NCBI GenBank assembly: GCA_036303765.1
Contig: JAXIZX010000085.1
Span: 15,540 to 79,539, forward strand
Direction: 5' to 3'
Length of the DNA: 64,000 nt
DNA from: Collinsella sp.
Lineage (GTDB): Bacteria; Actinomycetota; Coriobacteriia; Coriobacteriales; Coriobacteriaceae
The translations under genes were made by a program, and so were the position numbers. The notes under the pieces are model-generated. The model searched no databases, had not been told where the DNA came from, and saw only the letters and a program-made list of their open reading frames with translations. Shown in pieces: positions 35,294 through 45,311 of this stretch (position 1 is the first letter of the stretch; every line of letters begins with the position of its first letter).

Positions 35294-37519
35294 ATGCCCA
35301 CACTCATCATCGCCGAGAAGCCGTCCGTCGCGCGCGGCATCGCCGACGCCGTCGGCGCCCACGAGCGCCGCGACGGCTATATCGAGGGCGGCGGCTACCT
35401 CATCAGCTGGTGCCGCGGCCACATCATCGACCTCGACTTCCCCCAGAACTACCCGCAGTGGTCCGGCCACTGGTCGATGTCGCAGCTGCCCATGATCCCG
35501 GAGCGGTGGAGGTGGAGCGTCACCGCGCCCGAGCAGTACAAGGTCCTGAAAGGGCTGCTCGACCGCGCCGACGTGGAGCTCGTCGTGAACGCCTGCGACG
35601 CCGACCGCGAGGGCGAGGGCATCTTCCGGCGCGTCTGGAACCATTCCGGCTGCAAGAAGCCCGTCCGCCGCTTCTGGTCCACCTCGCTCGTGCCAGAGCA
35701 GGTGCGGACCGACCTCGCCCACGCCAAGCCCCTCTCCGACTACGACGGCCTCGCCGACGCCGCCGAGGGCAGGGCCAAGGCGGACTGGCTCGTGGGCCTC
35801 AACGCCTCGCGCGCCCTATCGTGCCTCTACGAAGGCTCGCGCCTGTCCGCCGGCCGCGTCCAGACCCCGACGCTGGCGCTGGTCGTCGAGCGGACCCGCG
35901 CGATCCGCGGCTTCAAGTCGGTCCCCTTCTTCCAGGTGGAGTGCTCGGTCGGCAGGACGGCGCACGTGCGCCTCGCCGGCGAGAAGCTGAAGACCCGTCA
36001 GGAGGCCGAGCGCCGCGCCCATGCGGCCGTCGGGTCGCAGTGCGCGATCCTGAAGGTCGAGCGCAGGCAGGAGAAGTGCCGCGCGCCCAAGCTCTACGAC
36101 CTCACCGGGCTGCAACGCGACGCATCGACGCGCGCGGGCCTCACCGCGGAGGAAACGCTGAACGCGCTGCAAACGCTGTACGAGAAGAAGCTGGCGACAT
36201 ATCCCAGGACCGAGAGCCGCCACATCGGCGAGTCCGACATCCCCGAGACGGCCCGCGTGCTCTTGGCCATCGCGGTGCCGGGAATCGTCGGCGAGGCCGC
36301 CGCGGCCGGGTTCGACGCGTCGCGCTCCGACGTCGCCCGCGTGGCCGACGACTCGAAGGTCCACGGCCACGGCGCGATCCTGCCCACGGCGCTGCTCGAC
36401 GCCAAGGAGATGGCCAAGCTCGATGGCGCAGAGCGCTCCGTGGCCATCCTCATCTGCTGCCGCCTCATGGCCGCCACCATGGACCCCGCGACGAAGCTCA
36501 AGACCAAGGTCGAGGGCGAGGTCAACGGAGACGCCTACACGGCCTCGGGAAGCACCGTCACGGACGCTTCCTGGATCGCCGTGGACGAGGCGTGCCGTGC
36601 CGCGCTTGCGGGCGGCGGCAAGGCCGCCGAGGACGAGGACGACGAGGCGCAGGACATCCCCGCCGACCTCGAGCAGGGCGACTCCTTCACCGTCGCCGAT
36701 GGCGACGTTCGCGTGAAGGACGGCAAGACGACCCCGCCGAAGCCCTATACGGACGCGACGCTGCTGTCGGCCATGGAGCACGCCGGCCGGTCCATCGAGG
36801 ACCGCGAGCTGAAGGCTGCCATCGAGGACGATTCGATGCACTCGGGCGGCCTGGGGACTCCTGCCACCCGCGCCCGCATGATCGAGAAGCTGATCGAGGC
36901 GAAGTACATCCGCCGCCGCGGCAAGACCCTCTCCGCCACCGAGCGCGGCGAGACGCTGATCGACATCGTGTGCGACTCGCTCAAGACCCCCGAGCTCACC
37001 GCGAAGTGGGAGCTGTCCCTGTCGCACGTCGAGCGGGGAGAGTGGTCGCTGTCCGACTTCCTCTCCGGCATCGAGGGCTACACGGCCGCGGTCGTGTCCG
37101 ACCTCGAGCGCGGCTTCGACCCCGCGCAGGCCGCGGCCGTCTCCGGCCGCGAGGAGCTGTGCCGGTGCCCGGCCTGCGGAGCGCCGATCGTGCTGTCGCG
37201 CAGCGGCAGGCAGTGGCAGTGCTCGTCGTCGAAATGGGCCGGCAAGGAGGAGGGCTGGCGGCTGCTCCAGGGCTGCGGCGTGAAGCTCAACATCGTCCAG
37301 AACGGCAGGAAGCTCACCAAGTCGCAGGCCAAGTCGATCCTGTCGGGAGGGACGGTCCACCTCACCGGCCTGTCGAAGAAGGACGGCAGCGGCACGTTCG
37401 ACACCGACGCGAAGCTCGGAGCGGCGCCCTACACCGGGTTCGTCGAGTTCTGCCGGAGCGAGAAGCCGGGCGGGAGCGCCGGCCGCACGGGCTCGCGGCG
37501 TCGCGGCGGGAAGCGGTAG
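35294..37519 (+). CDS. topB: DNA topoisomerase III
   Basis: IAEKPS, DADREGE, SAGRVQTPTL, TYPRT, GLGTPATRA; C-terminal zinc ribbon. Confidence 0.95.
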   Translation: MPTLIIAEKPSVARGIADAVGAHERRDGYIEGGGYLISWCRGHIIDLDFPQNYPQWSGHWSMSQLPMIPERWRWSVTAPEQYKVLKGLLDRADVELVVNACDADREGEGIFRRVWNHSGCKKPVRRFWSTSLVPEQVRTDLAHAKPLSDYDGLADAAEGRAKADWLVGLNASRALSCLYEGSRLSAGRVQTPTLALVVERTRAIRGFKSVPFFQVECSVGRTAHVRLAGEKLKTRQEAERRAHAAVGSQCAILKVERRQEKCRAPKLYDLTGLQRDASTRAGLTAEETLNALQTLYEKKLATYPRTESRHIGESDIPETARVLLAIAVPGIVGEAAAAGFDASRSDVARVADDSKVHGHGAILPTALLDAKEMAKLDGAERSVAILICCRLMAATMDPATKLKTKVEGEVNGDAYTASGSTVTDASWIAVDEACRAALAGGGKAAEDEDDEAQDIPADLEQGDSFTVADGDVRVKDGKTTPPKPYTDATLLSAMEHAGRSIEDRELKAAIEDDSMHSGGLGTPATRARMIEKLIEAKYIRRRGKTLSATERGETLIDIVCDSLKTPELTAKWELSLSHVERGEWSLSDFLSGIEGYTAAVVSDLERGFDPAQAAAVSGREELCRCPACGAPIVLSRSGRQWQCSSSKWAGKEEGWRLLQGCGVKLNIVQNGRKLTKSQAKSILSGGTVHLTGLSKKDGSGTFDTDAKLGAAPYTGFVEFCRSEKPGGSAGRTGSRRRGGKR

Positions 37520-37522
37520 GCC

Positions 37523-37897
37523 ATGGCCGCCGTCACGCGCGACGGGGACGGCTGCGTACCCCTCGCCGAGCTCGACATCAACCCGGCGCTGCGCGCGACC
37601 TGCCAGCGCCGGCTCGCCGCGGCGCTCGAGGGGCGCGCCATGACCGCCAGGAAGCTCGCGGAGTTCTCCGGCGTGTCCGAGGCGGTCATCTCGAGGACGC
37701 TCCACGGCCAGCGCACGCCCACGCTCGACGCGATCGTGCGTCTCTCGCTGACGCTCAACGTGTCGGCCGACTACCTGCTCGGCCTCAAGGCCTCACCCCA
37801 GGGCGACTACCGGGACGCATCCCAGGGCGGCGCGGGGGCGCAGGAGCAAGGGGAGGTGCGCTTCCCGTTCGGAAAGTCCGGGCGGTCACCGGTGTAG
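37523..37897 (+). CDS. XRE-family HTH protein
   Basis: MTARKLAEFSGVSEAVISRTLHGQRTPT...VSADYLLGL. Confidence 0.85.
   Translation: MAAVTRDGDGCVPLAELDINPALRATCQRRLAAALEGRAMTARKLAEFSGVSEAVISRTLHGQRTPTLDAIVRLSLTLNVSADYLLGLKASPQGDYRDASQGGAGAQEQGEVRFPFGKSGRSPV
37862..37875 (+). promoter_or_regulatory. TTCCCG-N2-CGGAAA box upstream of the adhesin
   Basis: 39 bp before TAACAT (37915). Confidence 0.7.
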
Positions 37898-37990
37898 ACC
37901 GGCAACCGGCTGGGTAACATATCTCAGATTACGGGTGCCGCGCCGGGACCTCCCGGCCGGCGCCAAGAACATGGAAAGGATGATGCCGAG

Positions 37991-40900
37991 ATGAAGCATG
38001 CAGGCAACGGCGGGCATACCGCCCGCGCGAAGCTCGGGCGCCTCGGGGTGGGCGCCCTGTCCATCGTCTTCGCCTTGAGCCAGGCGCTCGGCCTGGTCGC
38101 GCCCGCGGTGCCGGCCTCCTGGGCGGAGCCGGCGCCAGAGCCCGAGACCGTCACCGTGACGCTCGCCGCGGGCGAGCACGGCAGCCTCGCCATCGCCGGC
38201 GAGGACGCCGAGGCCGACACGGTCCAGGTAGACAAGGGGTCGAACGTCACCGTCGAGGTCACGCCCGACGACGGCTGGTTCGCCGACTCGCTCACGACCT
38301 TCGCCGGCGACGGATCCGAGGCCGCAAAGCTCGAAGTCGAGGACGGCCGCGCGACCTTCAAGGCCGAGACCGGCACCACCGTCACGTGCGCCTTCTACGA
38401 AGACGGCTCCAACGGCTCGGCCGCGCTCGAGGCCGTCGCCACCGAGGCCTCGGCCAAGCAGGCCAAGGAAGCCTCCGACAAGGCCTACATCGAGGCCAAC
38501 CTGGACGAATCGCTCTCGGGCCTCGACAAGTTCGAGCGCCGCGACGTGCTGACCGTCACCACCACCACGGTCGACTCCGGAAAGGTCGCCGCGCCCACGC
38601 TCGACGGCCTGTGGGCCGACGCGGACGGCGACGGCATGGGCGACTACAGCGACGCGCTGAAATCCAATGCCGTGAGCCATGCCGTTCTGTACGACCTCGA
38701 CGACTCTTCCGACTACCTCGTGGGCCGCGCCGGCTCCGACATCTCGGGCGCGACGCTGGCCGACTGGGGCGCATCGGAGAACAACGCCGACGCCGCCATG
38801 CGCCGCGGCTTCAAGTTCGACGCGGCAACAGGGTTGGTCTACGTGCCCAAGAAGTACACGGTCAAGAACAAGGCCGGCGAGTACAAGGTCGCGTCCTCCC
38901 GCATCCAGCTCCTCTACGCCACGTCCGACAAGGGCGCGGTGAACACCTTCCCCGTGAAGGTCGAGGCCGAGAACGTGGACGGCCGCGCAGCCAAGTCCGG
39001 AACCGCCTCGGTCGACGTCTCGTCCCCCGATACCCAGATCGCGCTCGCCCGCGACAAGGCCGCCCGCAAGTCGATCTCCGACGCCACGATCGAGTCCGTC
39101 ACCGTCAACGGCATCGAGTACACGCGCGACCTCGATATGTGGACCTACGACGAGGACACCGGCACGCTCGACATCCTCATCGCCGCAGCCGGCGTGCGCA
39201 GCGTCGACATCAAGCTCGCCAACGATGCCGAGAAGAACGTCGGCTCGTGGCTCGCGGCGCTTGCCACCGAGGCCTTCGCCGGCAACGTGTGGAACATCGG
39301 AACCTGGGAGTTCCAGTCCGCCCCCTGGGCCGGCATGTCCTTCCACACCGCCGGCCACAACAAGTACACCGGCGCCCGCACCGGCGCCACCCTGCCGGCG
39401 GTGGAGAATCCGTCCGGCGGACGCTACGAGGCCAAGACGATCTATCAGGCGCTCGGCACGCAGAACGTCGACGTCTCCGCCCTCCAGTCCGGAGCCTGGT
39501 CGATCGAGCGCACCTGCACGATCGCCGCGCAGACGGTCTCCGGCGTCACCATCCCCAGCGCGACGAAAGTGGACCTCACCTGCGGCCACGTCGGCGTGAA
39601 CCCCTCCGGCCAGCTCGACCCCTCCTACAACCAGGCCGTCCATACCGACGACGACTACGGCCAGACCGTGCGCATCGCCGCCGTCAACGGCGACGAGGCG
39701 ATCATCGGCGTGACCGTCCCGACCACCTTCACGCAGGCCGGCGCCGGCTTCTTCAAGATCAAGTGGAAGCTGAACACGGTCCGCTACACCTTCTCCAAGT
39801 GCTCGGCCAACGTCTCCATCACCGACGGCAACTCCGAGTACTCCGTCGAGGGCGCCGAGTACGACATCTACCGCTCCTCCGACAACGCGCTCGTGTCGCA
39901 TATCGTCACCGACGCATCTGGCAACGCCGCGCTCGACCTCGAGCCCAACCAGGCCTACTACGCCGTCGAGACCAAGGCGCCCGCGGGCTATACGCTCCAC
40001 GAGGGGCATATCGCCTTCAGGACCGGCAACTCCGCCGGGACCGAGCAGCTGAAGGACGACCCTGGCTATGTCCTGCTCCATATCGACAAGAAGGACTCCG
40101 CGACGCTCGGCGACGCACAGACCGGCGCAACCCTCGAGGGCGCCGAGTATAAGGTGACCTCCCTTTCCACCCCGGGCTGGGAGCAAACCGTCTCCACCAA
40201 TAAAGACGGTTATGTCCTTGTGACTGACGTTCCTTTCGGCAAGATAACGGTTCAAGAAATAAAGGCCCCCAAGGGCTATAAGCTCGATACCGAGATTCAT
40301 ACCTATGAAGTTCATCCGGGAGAAGGTACCAATACGGGCACCGTTGACCTTGAGCCTGAGGACGACTTCAAGGAAAACCCCGTCTCGTTCGATATCGAGA
40401 TCGCCAAGACCAAGGGCGGCGAGGACGACAGCTGGGAGTCCGACGACGGCCAGGGAAACGCCGCCGCGGGCGTCCAGTTCCAGATCATCTCGAATACCAC
40501 CAATAAGGTCGTCGGAACCCTGACGACCAACGATGCCGGCTTCGCGTCCACCAAGGACGCGGCCACCTGCGACGAGACCTCCGTCTCCGAGGCCAAGACC
40601 GACGACCCGGCGCGCCCGTGGTTCGGCTCGGGCAAGCGCAACGCCGGCATCTCCGGCGTCGTGCCCTATGACGCGGCGGGCTATACGATCCGCGAGGTCG
40701 ATTCCACGGTGCCTGCGGGCTTCGACCACGTGGACGACTGGACGATCTCGGCCGACGACCTCGTGGACGGCACCACGAAGTACTACTCCGTCATCGACAA
40801 GACGCTCAACAGCCGCATCCAGATCGTCAAGACCGATGCCGAGACCGGCAACACCGTGCCGCTCTCCGGCTTCAAGTTCCAAGTGCTCGACTCGAACGGC

Positions 40901-43654
40901 GAGACCATGAGCTTCGCCGACCCCTACGACGTCAACGGCACCGTCGACACCTTCACGACCGACGGCTCTGGGCAGGTCACGATCCCGCAGCGCCTCAAGT
41001 CCGGCAAGTACTCCATCAAGGAGATCTCCGCCGCGGCGCCCTACACCGTCAACGGCGACGCAGTCTGCTTCGAGGTCCCCAAGGACTACAAGAAGGCCTC
41101 CCCCGTGACCGTCATCAAGGTCTCAGACAAGCAAGCGAAGGGCAAGGCGACCATCACGAAGACGTGCTCGCATGACGGCGAGGCGCTTCAGGGCGCAAAG
41201 TACGACGTCGTGGCGCAGCAGGACATCGTGTCCCCCGACGGCACCGTGCGCGCCAAGGCAGGAGACGTCGTCGACCATGTGAAGACCGGCGATGACGGCA
41301 AGGCGACCACCAAGGGGCTCTACCTCGGTGCCGGCTCGGCGGCCTACGCCTTCATCGAGACCAAGGCCCCCTCGGGCCATGTGATCGACGAGACGCCCGT
41401 GACGTTCACCCTCTCCTACAAGGACGGCGCCACCGCCGAGGTGAAGGCCGCATCCGACCAGTCCGACGCCACGGTGAAGTTCGAGGTCGATAAGACCGTC
41501 ATGGGCGCCGGCACACCGCTTCCCGGAGCGAAGTTCCAGGCCTGGAACACCGACGACGAGATCTCGATCGGCAGCGCCGCCGGCAACCTCGCCGTCCGAG
41601 CCGACGCCGGGGCCGAGGTCTCCATCAGGAAGGCCGTCGCCGCCGCAAGCGTCAAGGCCGATGCCGATGACGGCACCTCCCTCATGCTCAAATCCGCAAA
41701 CGGCATGGAAACCCAGCTCGGGCCCGATGCCGTCGATATGGAACCCGGTACGTACACCCTGACCGCCACCCAAGACGGCAAGACGCTCGAGGGAGCGGAA
41801 GTCGAGATCGAGGCCGGCAAGGCCTATACCGCCAAGGTCGCGGGCGGCCTGCTCGGCAATCATGCCGTCCTTTCCGACGACGGATACACCATGCCCGCCA
41901 TCAAGCTCGCCTGGTCCGAGGCCAATTCGGCGTACGTGGCCCTCGACCTCGGGCTCGGCACATACGACCTGGCCGTCGCCGGCAAGGCCGCCGGACAGGT
42001 CGAGATCGACGGGGACGGGCCGACCTACATCTTGGTCAGCGGCGGCCGCGCCCGCCGGGTGCCCGTCCTGCTCAAGGAGGGCAAGAGCGCCACGGAGGGC
42101 GTGACCGGCTCGGACGGCACGACCGACTTCCTGCACCTCGCGCCCGGCACGTACCGCGTCGCCGAGGTCGAGGCGCCCGCCGGATACGTCGAGACCCCTG
42201 AGATAAAGACCTTCACCGTCGCCGCCGACGGCCGAATCGATGGCCGGGACTCCGGCCAAGCGGGCTTCGAGGACGACTACACCAAGGTCCGCATCTCCAA
42301 GCGCGACATCACCGACGAGTCCGAGATCGAGGGCGCCAAGCTCACCGTCACCGATTCCGAGGGCAAGACCGTCGACTCATGGACCTCGACCGCCGAAGAT
42401 CACGAGATCGATGCGCTCGCACCCGGCAAGTACACGCTCACCGAACAGCGCACGCCGACCGCCTACGACCAGGCCGAGAGCATCGAGTTCGAGGTGAGGA
42501 AGACCGGTGAGGTCCAGACCGTCACGATGTACGACTCGCCCATCTCTATCAGCGGCGAGATCGACAAGCGACAGGAGATCGCCGACCCCACCGCCAAGAA
42601 CACCGAGGCCAACGGCGACGGCCTGAACACCGCCGAGACCAAGGCATCCGACGACGGCTCCTATGCCTACACCATCGACTTCCGCTCGACGTCGAACACC
42701 TGGACCGACGAGTTCACGGTCGAGGACGACCTGACCGCCGCCGTCGACGGCCGCGCTCAGCTCACATCGATCACCACGCCGCAGGCCCTCGAGGACTACG
42801 ACGGCAAGATGAACGTCTGGTACAGGACCGACAAGACGCCCGATGACCACGTCGACGAGTCGGGTGCCAACGCAACCCTCACCGACGGCCATGAGAACCC
42901 CTGGCTGTCCGACGAGGCCACCGCCCCCACCCTTGGCGAGGACGGCCGAGCCGTCGACTTCACCGGATGGAAGCTCTGGCGCGCCGACGTGCCCACGACC
43001 GAGGCCGCCGAGCTCGCCGTGGCAGACCTCGGCCTCGAGGAGAGCGAGCACGTCACCGCGATCCGCTTCGAGTACGGCCGCGTGGAGCAGGGCTTCACCA
43101 CCCGCGACGGCGGCTGGGACCGCGAGGGCATCATGGACGTCCATGACGACATCGCCAGCGCCGAGGACACCGCCGCCGAAAACGGCTCCCATACCGACGA
43201 TTCCGGCACGGGGACCGGGACGGCCTATGCGCCCGCCATCGTTCGCATGAAGGCCACCGACGGCTACACCGCCGGCACCTCGCTCGACAACTACGCCCGC
43301 GTGGACCTCACCCGCAACGGCGGCGGCGACGGCCTCGAGGACCATGACGAGGACCAGGTGACCCAGACGGCGAAGGCCGTCACGGTGCCCCCGACCAACC
43401 TCGACCAGACCGGCCGCAACGTCATCATCGGCCTCGCCGCGACCCTCGCCGCCGCGGCGGCGGCAGCCGCGGCGCTCATCTACCGCCGCCGCCACGCCTA
43501 TCCGGACCCTGTTCCCGCAGGCGGCGAGGATGACGGATATGAGGAAGACGCGCGCGGGCGCGAATACCGCGACGACCGCTATCCCGACGGTTACGACCGC
43601 GACCCCTATGGGTACGATGACGGATACCGCGACAGCTACCGCGACCGCTACTGA
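37991..43654 (+). CDS. large sortase-anchored adhesin with SpaA/Cna-B domains
   Basis: signal peptide; repeated GAxY/F...ExxAPxGY domains; LDQTG followed by a TM and RRR. Confidence 0.9.
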   Translation: MKHAGNGGHTARAKLGRLGVGALSIVFALSQALGLVAPAVPASWAEPAPEPETVTVTLAAGEHGSLAIAGEDAEADTVQVDKGSNVTVEVTPDDGWFADSLTTFAGDGSEAAKLEVEDGRATFKAETGTTVTCAFYEDGSNGSAALEAVATEASAKQAKEASDKAYIEANLDESLSGLDKFERRDVLTVTTTTVDSGKVAAPTLDGLWADADGDGMGDYSDALKSNAVSHAVLYDLDDSSDYLVGRAGSDISGATLADWGASENNADAAMRRGFKFDAATGLVYVPKKYTVKNKAGEYKVASSRIQLLYATSDKGAVNTFPVKVEAENVDGRAAKSGTASVDVSSPDTQIALARDKAARKSISDATIESVTVNGIEYTRDLDMWTYDEDTGTLDILIAAAGVRSVDIKLANDAEKNVGSWLAALATEAFAGNVWNIGTWEFQSAPWAGMSFHTAGHNKYTGARTGATLPAVENPSGGRYEAKTIYQALGTQNVDVSALQSGAWSIERTCTIAAQTVSGVTIPSATKVDLTCGHVGVNPSGQLDPSYNQAVHTDDDYGQTVRIAAVNGDEAIIGVTVPTTFTQAGAGFFKIKWKLNTVRYTFSKCSANVSITDGNSEYSVEGAEYDIYRSSDNALVSHIVTDASGNAALDLEPNQAYYAVETKAPAGYTLHEGHIAFRTGNSAGTEQLKDDPGYVLLHIDKKDSATLGDAQTGATLEGAEYKVTSLSTPGWEQTVSTNKDGYVLVTDVPFGKITVQEIKAPKGYKLDTEIHTYEVHPGEGTNTGTVDLEPEDDFKENPVSFDIEIAKTKGGEDDSWESDDGQGNAAAGVQFQIISNTTNKVVGTLTTNDAGFASTKDAATCDETSVSEAKTDDPARPWFGSGKRNAGISGVVPYDAAGYTIREVDSTVPAGFDHVDDWTISADDLVDGTTKYYSVIDKTLNSRIQIVKTDAETGNTVPLSGFKFQVLDSNGETMSFADPYDVNGTVDTFTTDGSGQVTIPQRLKSGKYSIKEISAAAPYTVNGDAVCFEVPKDYKKASPVTVIKVSDKQAKGKATITKTCSHDGEALQGAKYDVVAQQDIVSPDGTVRAKAGDVVDHVKTGDDGKATTKGLYLGAGSAAYAFIETKAPSGHVIDETPVTFTLSYKDGATAEVKAASDQSDATVKFEVDKTVMGAGTPLPGAKFQAWNTDDEISIGSAAGNLAVRADAGAEVSIRKAVAAASVKADADDGTSLMLKSANGMETQLGPDAVDMEPGTYTLTATQDGKTLEGAEVEIEAGKAYTAKVAGGLLGNHAVLSDDGYTMPAIKLAWSEANSAYVALDLGLGTYDLAVAGKAAGQVEIDGDGPTYILVSGGRARRVPVLLKEGKSATEGVTGSDGTTDFLHLAPGTYRVAEVEAPAGYVETPEIKTFTVAADGRIDGRDSGQAGFEDDYTKVRISKRDITDESEIEGAKLTVTDSEGKTVDSWTSTAEDHEIDALAPGKYTLTEQRTPTAYDQAESIEFEVRKTGEVQTVTMYDSPISISGEIDKRQEIADPTAKNTEANGDGLNTAETKASDDGSYAYTIDFRSTSNTWTDEFTVEDDLTAAVDGRAQLTSITTPQALEDYDGKMNVWYRTDKTPDDHVDESGANATLTDGHENPWLSDEATAPTLGEDGRAVDFTGWKLWRADVPTTEAAELAVADLGLEESEHVTAIRFEYGRVEQGFTTRDGGWDREGIMDVHDDIASAEDTAAENGSHTDDSGTGTGTAYAPAIVRMKATDGYTAGTSLDNYARVDLTRNGGGDGLEDHDEDQVTQTAKAVTVPPTNLDQTGRNVIIGLAATLAAAAAAAAALIYRRRHAYPDPVPAGGEDDGYEEDARGREYRDDRYPDGYDRDPYGYDDGYRDSYRDRY

Positions 43655-43740
43655 GAACAGGGCCGATAGATAGCCCTCGACCGGGGCCCGACGCATATCC
43701 GCGCCGGGCCCCTTCGCTTGACATCCCAGAGGAGACGCCC

Positions 43741-44475
43741 ATGAAATGCCGACAGCGACGCCGGATCAAACCGCTCGACATCCTTCTTGCCGCCATATGC
43801 GCCGTGTCGCTCACAGCCGCCGCCCTCATCGGATGGACGATCTTCCATCAGGACGCCGTCTACAGGGAGCTCTCCATCGATGCCGAGGCGGATGCCGGCG
43901 ACGGCATCGACTGGGATGGCCTGCGCGCGCGCAACCCGGACATCGCCGCATGGGTATCCGTCGAGGGCACCCCGGTGGATTTCCCGGTGGTCTCGCCCCG
44001 GGAAGGCGACCCCAAGGGGTTCTATCTGAACCATGACTTCGACCGCAACTGGTCGTTCTCCGGGTGCCCCTACCTCGACCCGCGCTGCGGGGCGGACGGG
44101 CGCCATGCGCTCGTCTACGGCCACCACCTCAACTTCGACGGCGAGATGTTCACCTACCTGCGCGACGCCTGGCGGCAGGAGAAGTTCGATGCCCTCGGCG
44201 ACATGCGCTGGTCGACGCCCGCCGAGGGCACCGTGAGCCTCCACCCGGCGTTCTCGATGTCCGTCGACAAGAGCTTCGCCGACATACAGAGGTTCGACTT
44301 CAACGGGACCGCGGAGCTGCGCGCCTGGCTCTCGGCCCTCTCGGCGCAGGCCACGGCGAAGGCGGACGGCTGCGGCACGCTTTGCGCAGGAGCCAAGCGC
44401 GTCGTCACCCTCGTGACCTGCTCGGCCAACTTCGCGGGCGGCCGAGCGAGGACCCTCACGGTATTCGTCGGCTGA
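43741..44475 (+). CDS. srtB: class B sortase
   Basis: IDWDGLRARNPDIAAW, YGHH, TLVTCS...R. Confidence 0.88.
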   Translation: MKCRQRRRIKPLDILLAAICAVSLTAAALIGWTIFHQDAVYRELSIDAEADAGDGIDWDGLRARNPDIAAWVSVEGTPVDFPVVSPREGDPKGFYLNHDFDRNWSFSGCPYLDPRCGADGRHALVYGHHLNFDGEMFTYLRDAWRQEKFDALGDMRWSTPAEGTVSLHPAFSMSVDKSFADIQRFDFNGTAELRAWLSALSAQATAKADGCGTLCAGAKRVVTLVTCSANFAGGRARTLTVFVG

Positions 44476-44609
44476 TTTTTCCGACAAACATGTCACACCA
44501 TGGAAAAGAGGCACAAAAGAGGGAATAAAAACGGGTATAAAAAAGGTAAGAAAGCGATAAAACCGCTTCCCATCTCGATAAACGCACTATCTCGGAAGGA
44601 GGTGCCGAA

Positions 44610-44939
44610 ATGGATGGAAGCGCCCAGCTGCCGCCGCCGGCGCCGGTCGGCATAACCGAACTCAAGAACAACTTCGCCTCGATCGCGAAGCGGGTGCATG
44701 ACACGTCGATGCCCTGCACCGTGCTCAAGCAGGGCCGGGCATACGTCGCCATCGTCCCCGTGGACCCGGGATACAGGGCAAAAGGGAAATACGCCTGCAA
44801 CCAGTACACGAGGGTGCTGCGGCGCCTGTTCACGTTCTGCCGGAACGCGCACGACCAGAAGACCACGTTCGTGCTGCGCCGCCGCAACGAGGACTACGTC
44901 GCCATCGCGCCGCTCGATCCTCCCGATACCGGGGACTGA
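44610..44939 (+). CDS. Phd/YefM-like protein with two tandem domains
   Basis: GITELKNNFASI...TVLKQGRAYVAIVP, then a second unit FVLRRRNEDYVAIAP. Confidence 0.7.
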   Translation: MDGSAQLPPPAPVGITELKNNFASIAKRVHDTSMPCTVLKQGRAYVAIVPVDPGYRAKGKYACNQYTRVLRRLFTFCRNAHDQKTTFVLRRRNEDYVAIAPLDPPDTGD

Positions 44940-44972
44940 GCGCTAAGGGAAACCCGAGGGAAAGGACCGGCC

Positions 44973-45245
44973 ATGCTGCCCACCATCATCATCGGAGCGC
45001 TCGCGCTCGCAATCCTGTGGCCCTTCATCAAGCTGGGCTATGAACTCATCAAGCTCGCGGGGTCTCTTGTCCTGCTCGTCGCCTCATGCGCGATCGGCGC
45101 CGTCGCCCTCATCGGGCAGGGTGCCTTCCACCTCATCTCGGCCTGCCGCCGACACGCGGGAACGAAGAAGGACGACACCGTGCCGCCGACGGCGGCGAAC
45201 AGCGACCGCGCCCCCATGCTCCCGGAATGTTCCTCGGTGCGCTAG
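44973..45245 (+). CDS. small membrane protein
   Basis: two hydrophobic stretches; AAAGGA RBS. Confidence 0.6.
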   Translation: MLPTIIIGALALAILWPFIKLGYELIKLAGSLVLLVASCAIGAVALIGQGAFHLISACRRHAGTKKDDTVPPTAANSDRAPMLPECSSVR

Positions 45246-45311
45246 GACCGCACCGGAGGGAACCGGCCAAACGAAAAACCGAACAGGCATATATCTCGAA
45301 AGGACCATGCC

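Noticed and set aside
23516..37519. Relaxase and oriT
   Set aside because: No HUH or Rep_trans relaxase motifs were recognised in any ORF; the gene probably lies outside the window, and no oriT can be supported.
37886..40882. Very long antisense ORFs (also 25187-27397, 30867-32639, 35816-37705, 53965-55851)
   Set aside because: They are shadow frames of high-GC3 genes on the opposite strand, with no motifs.
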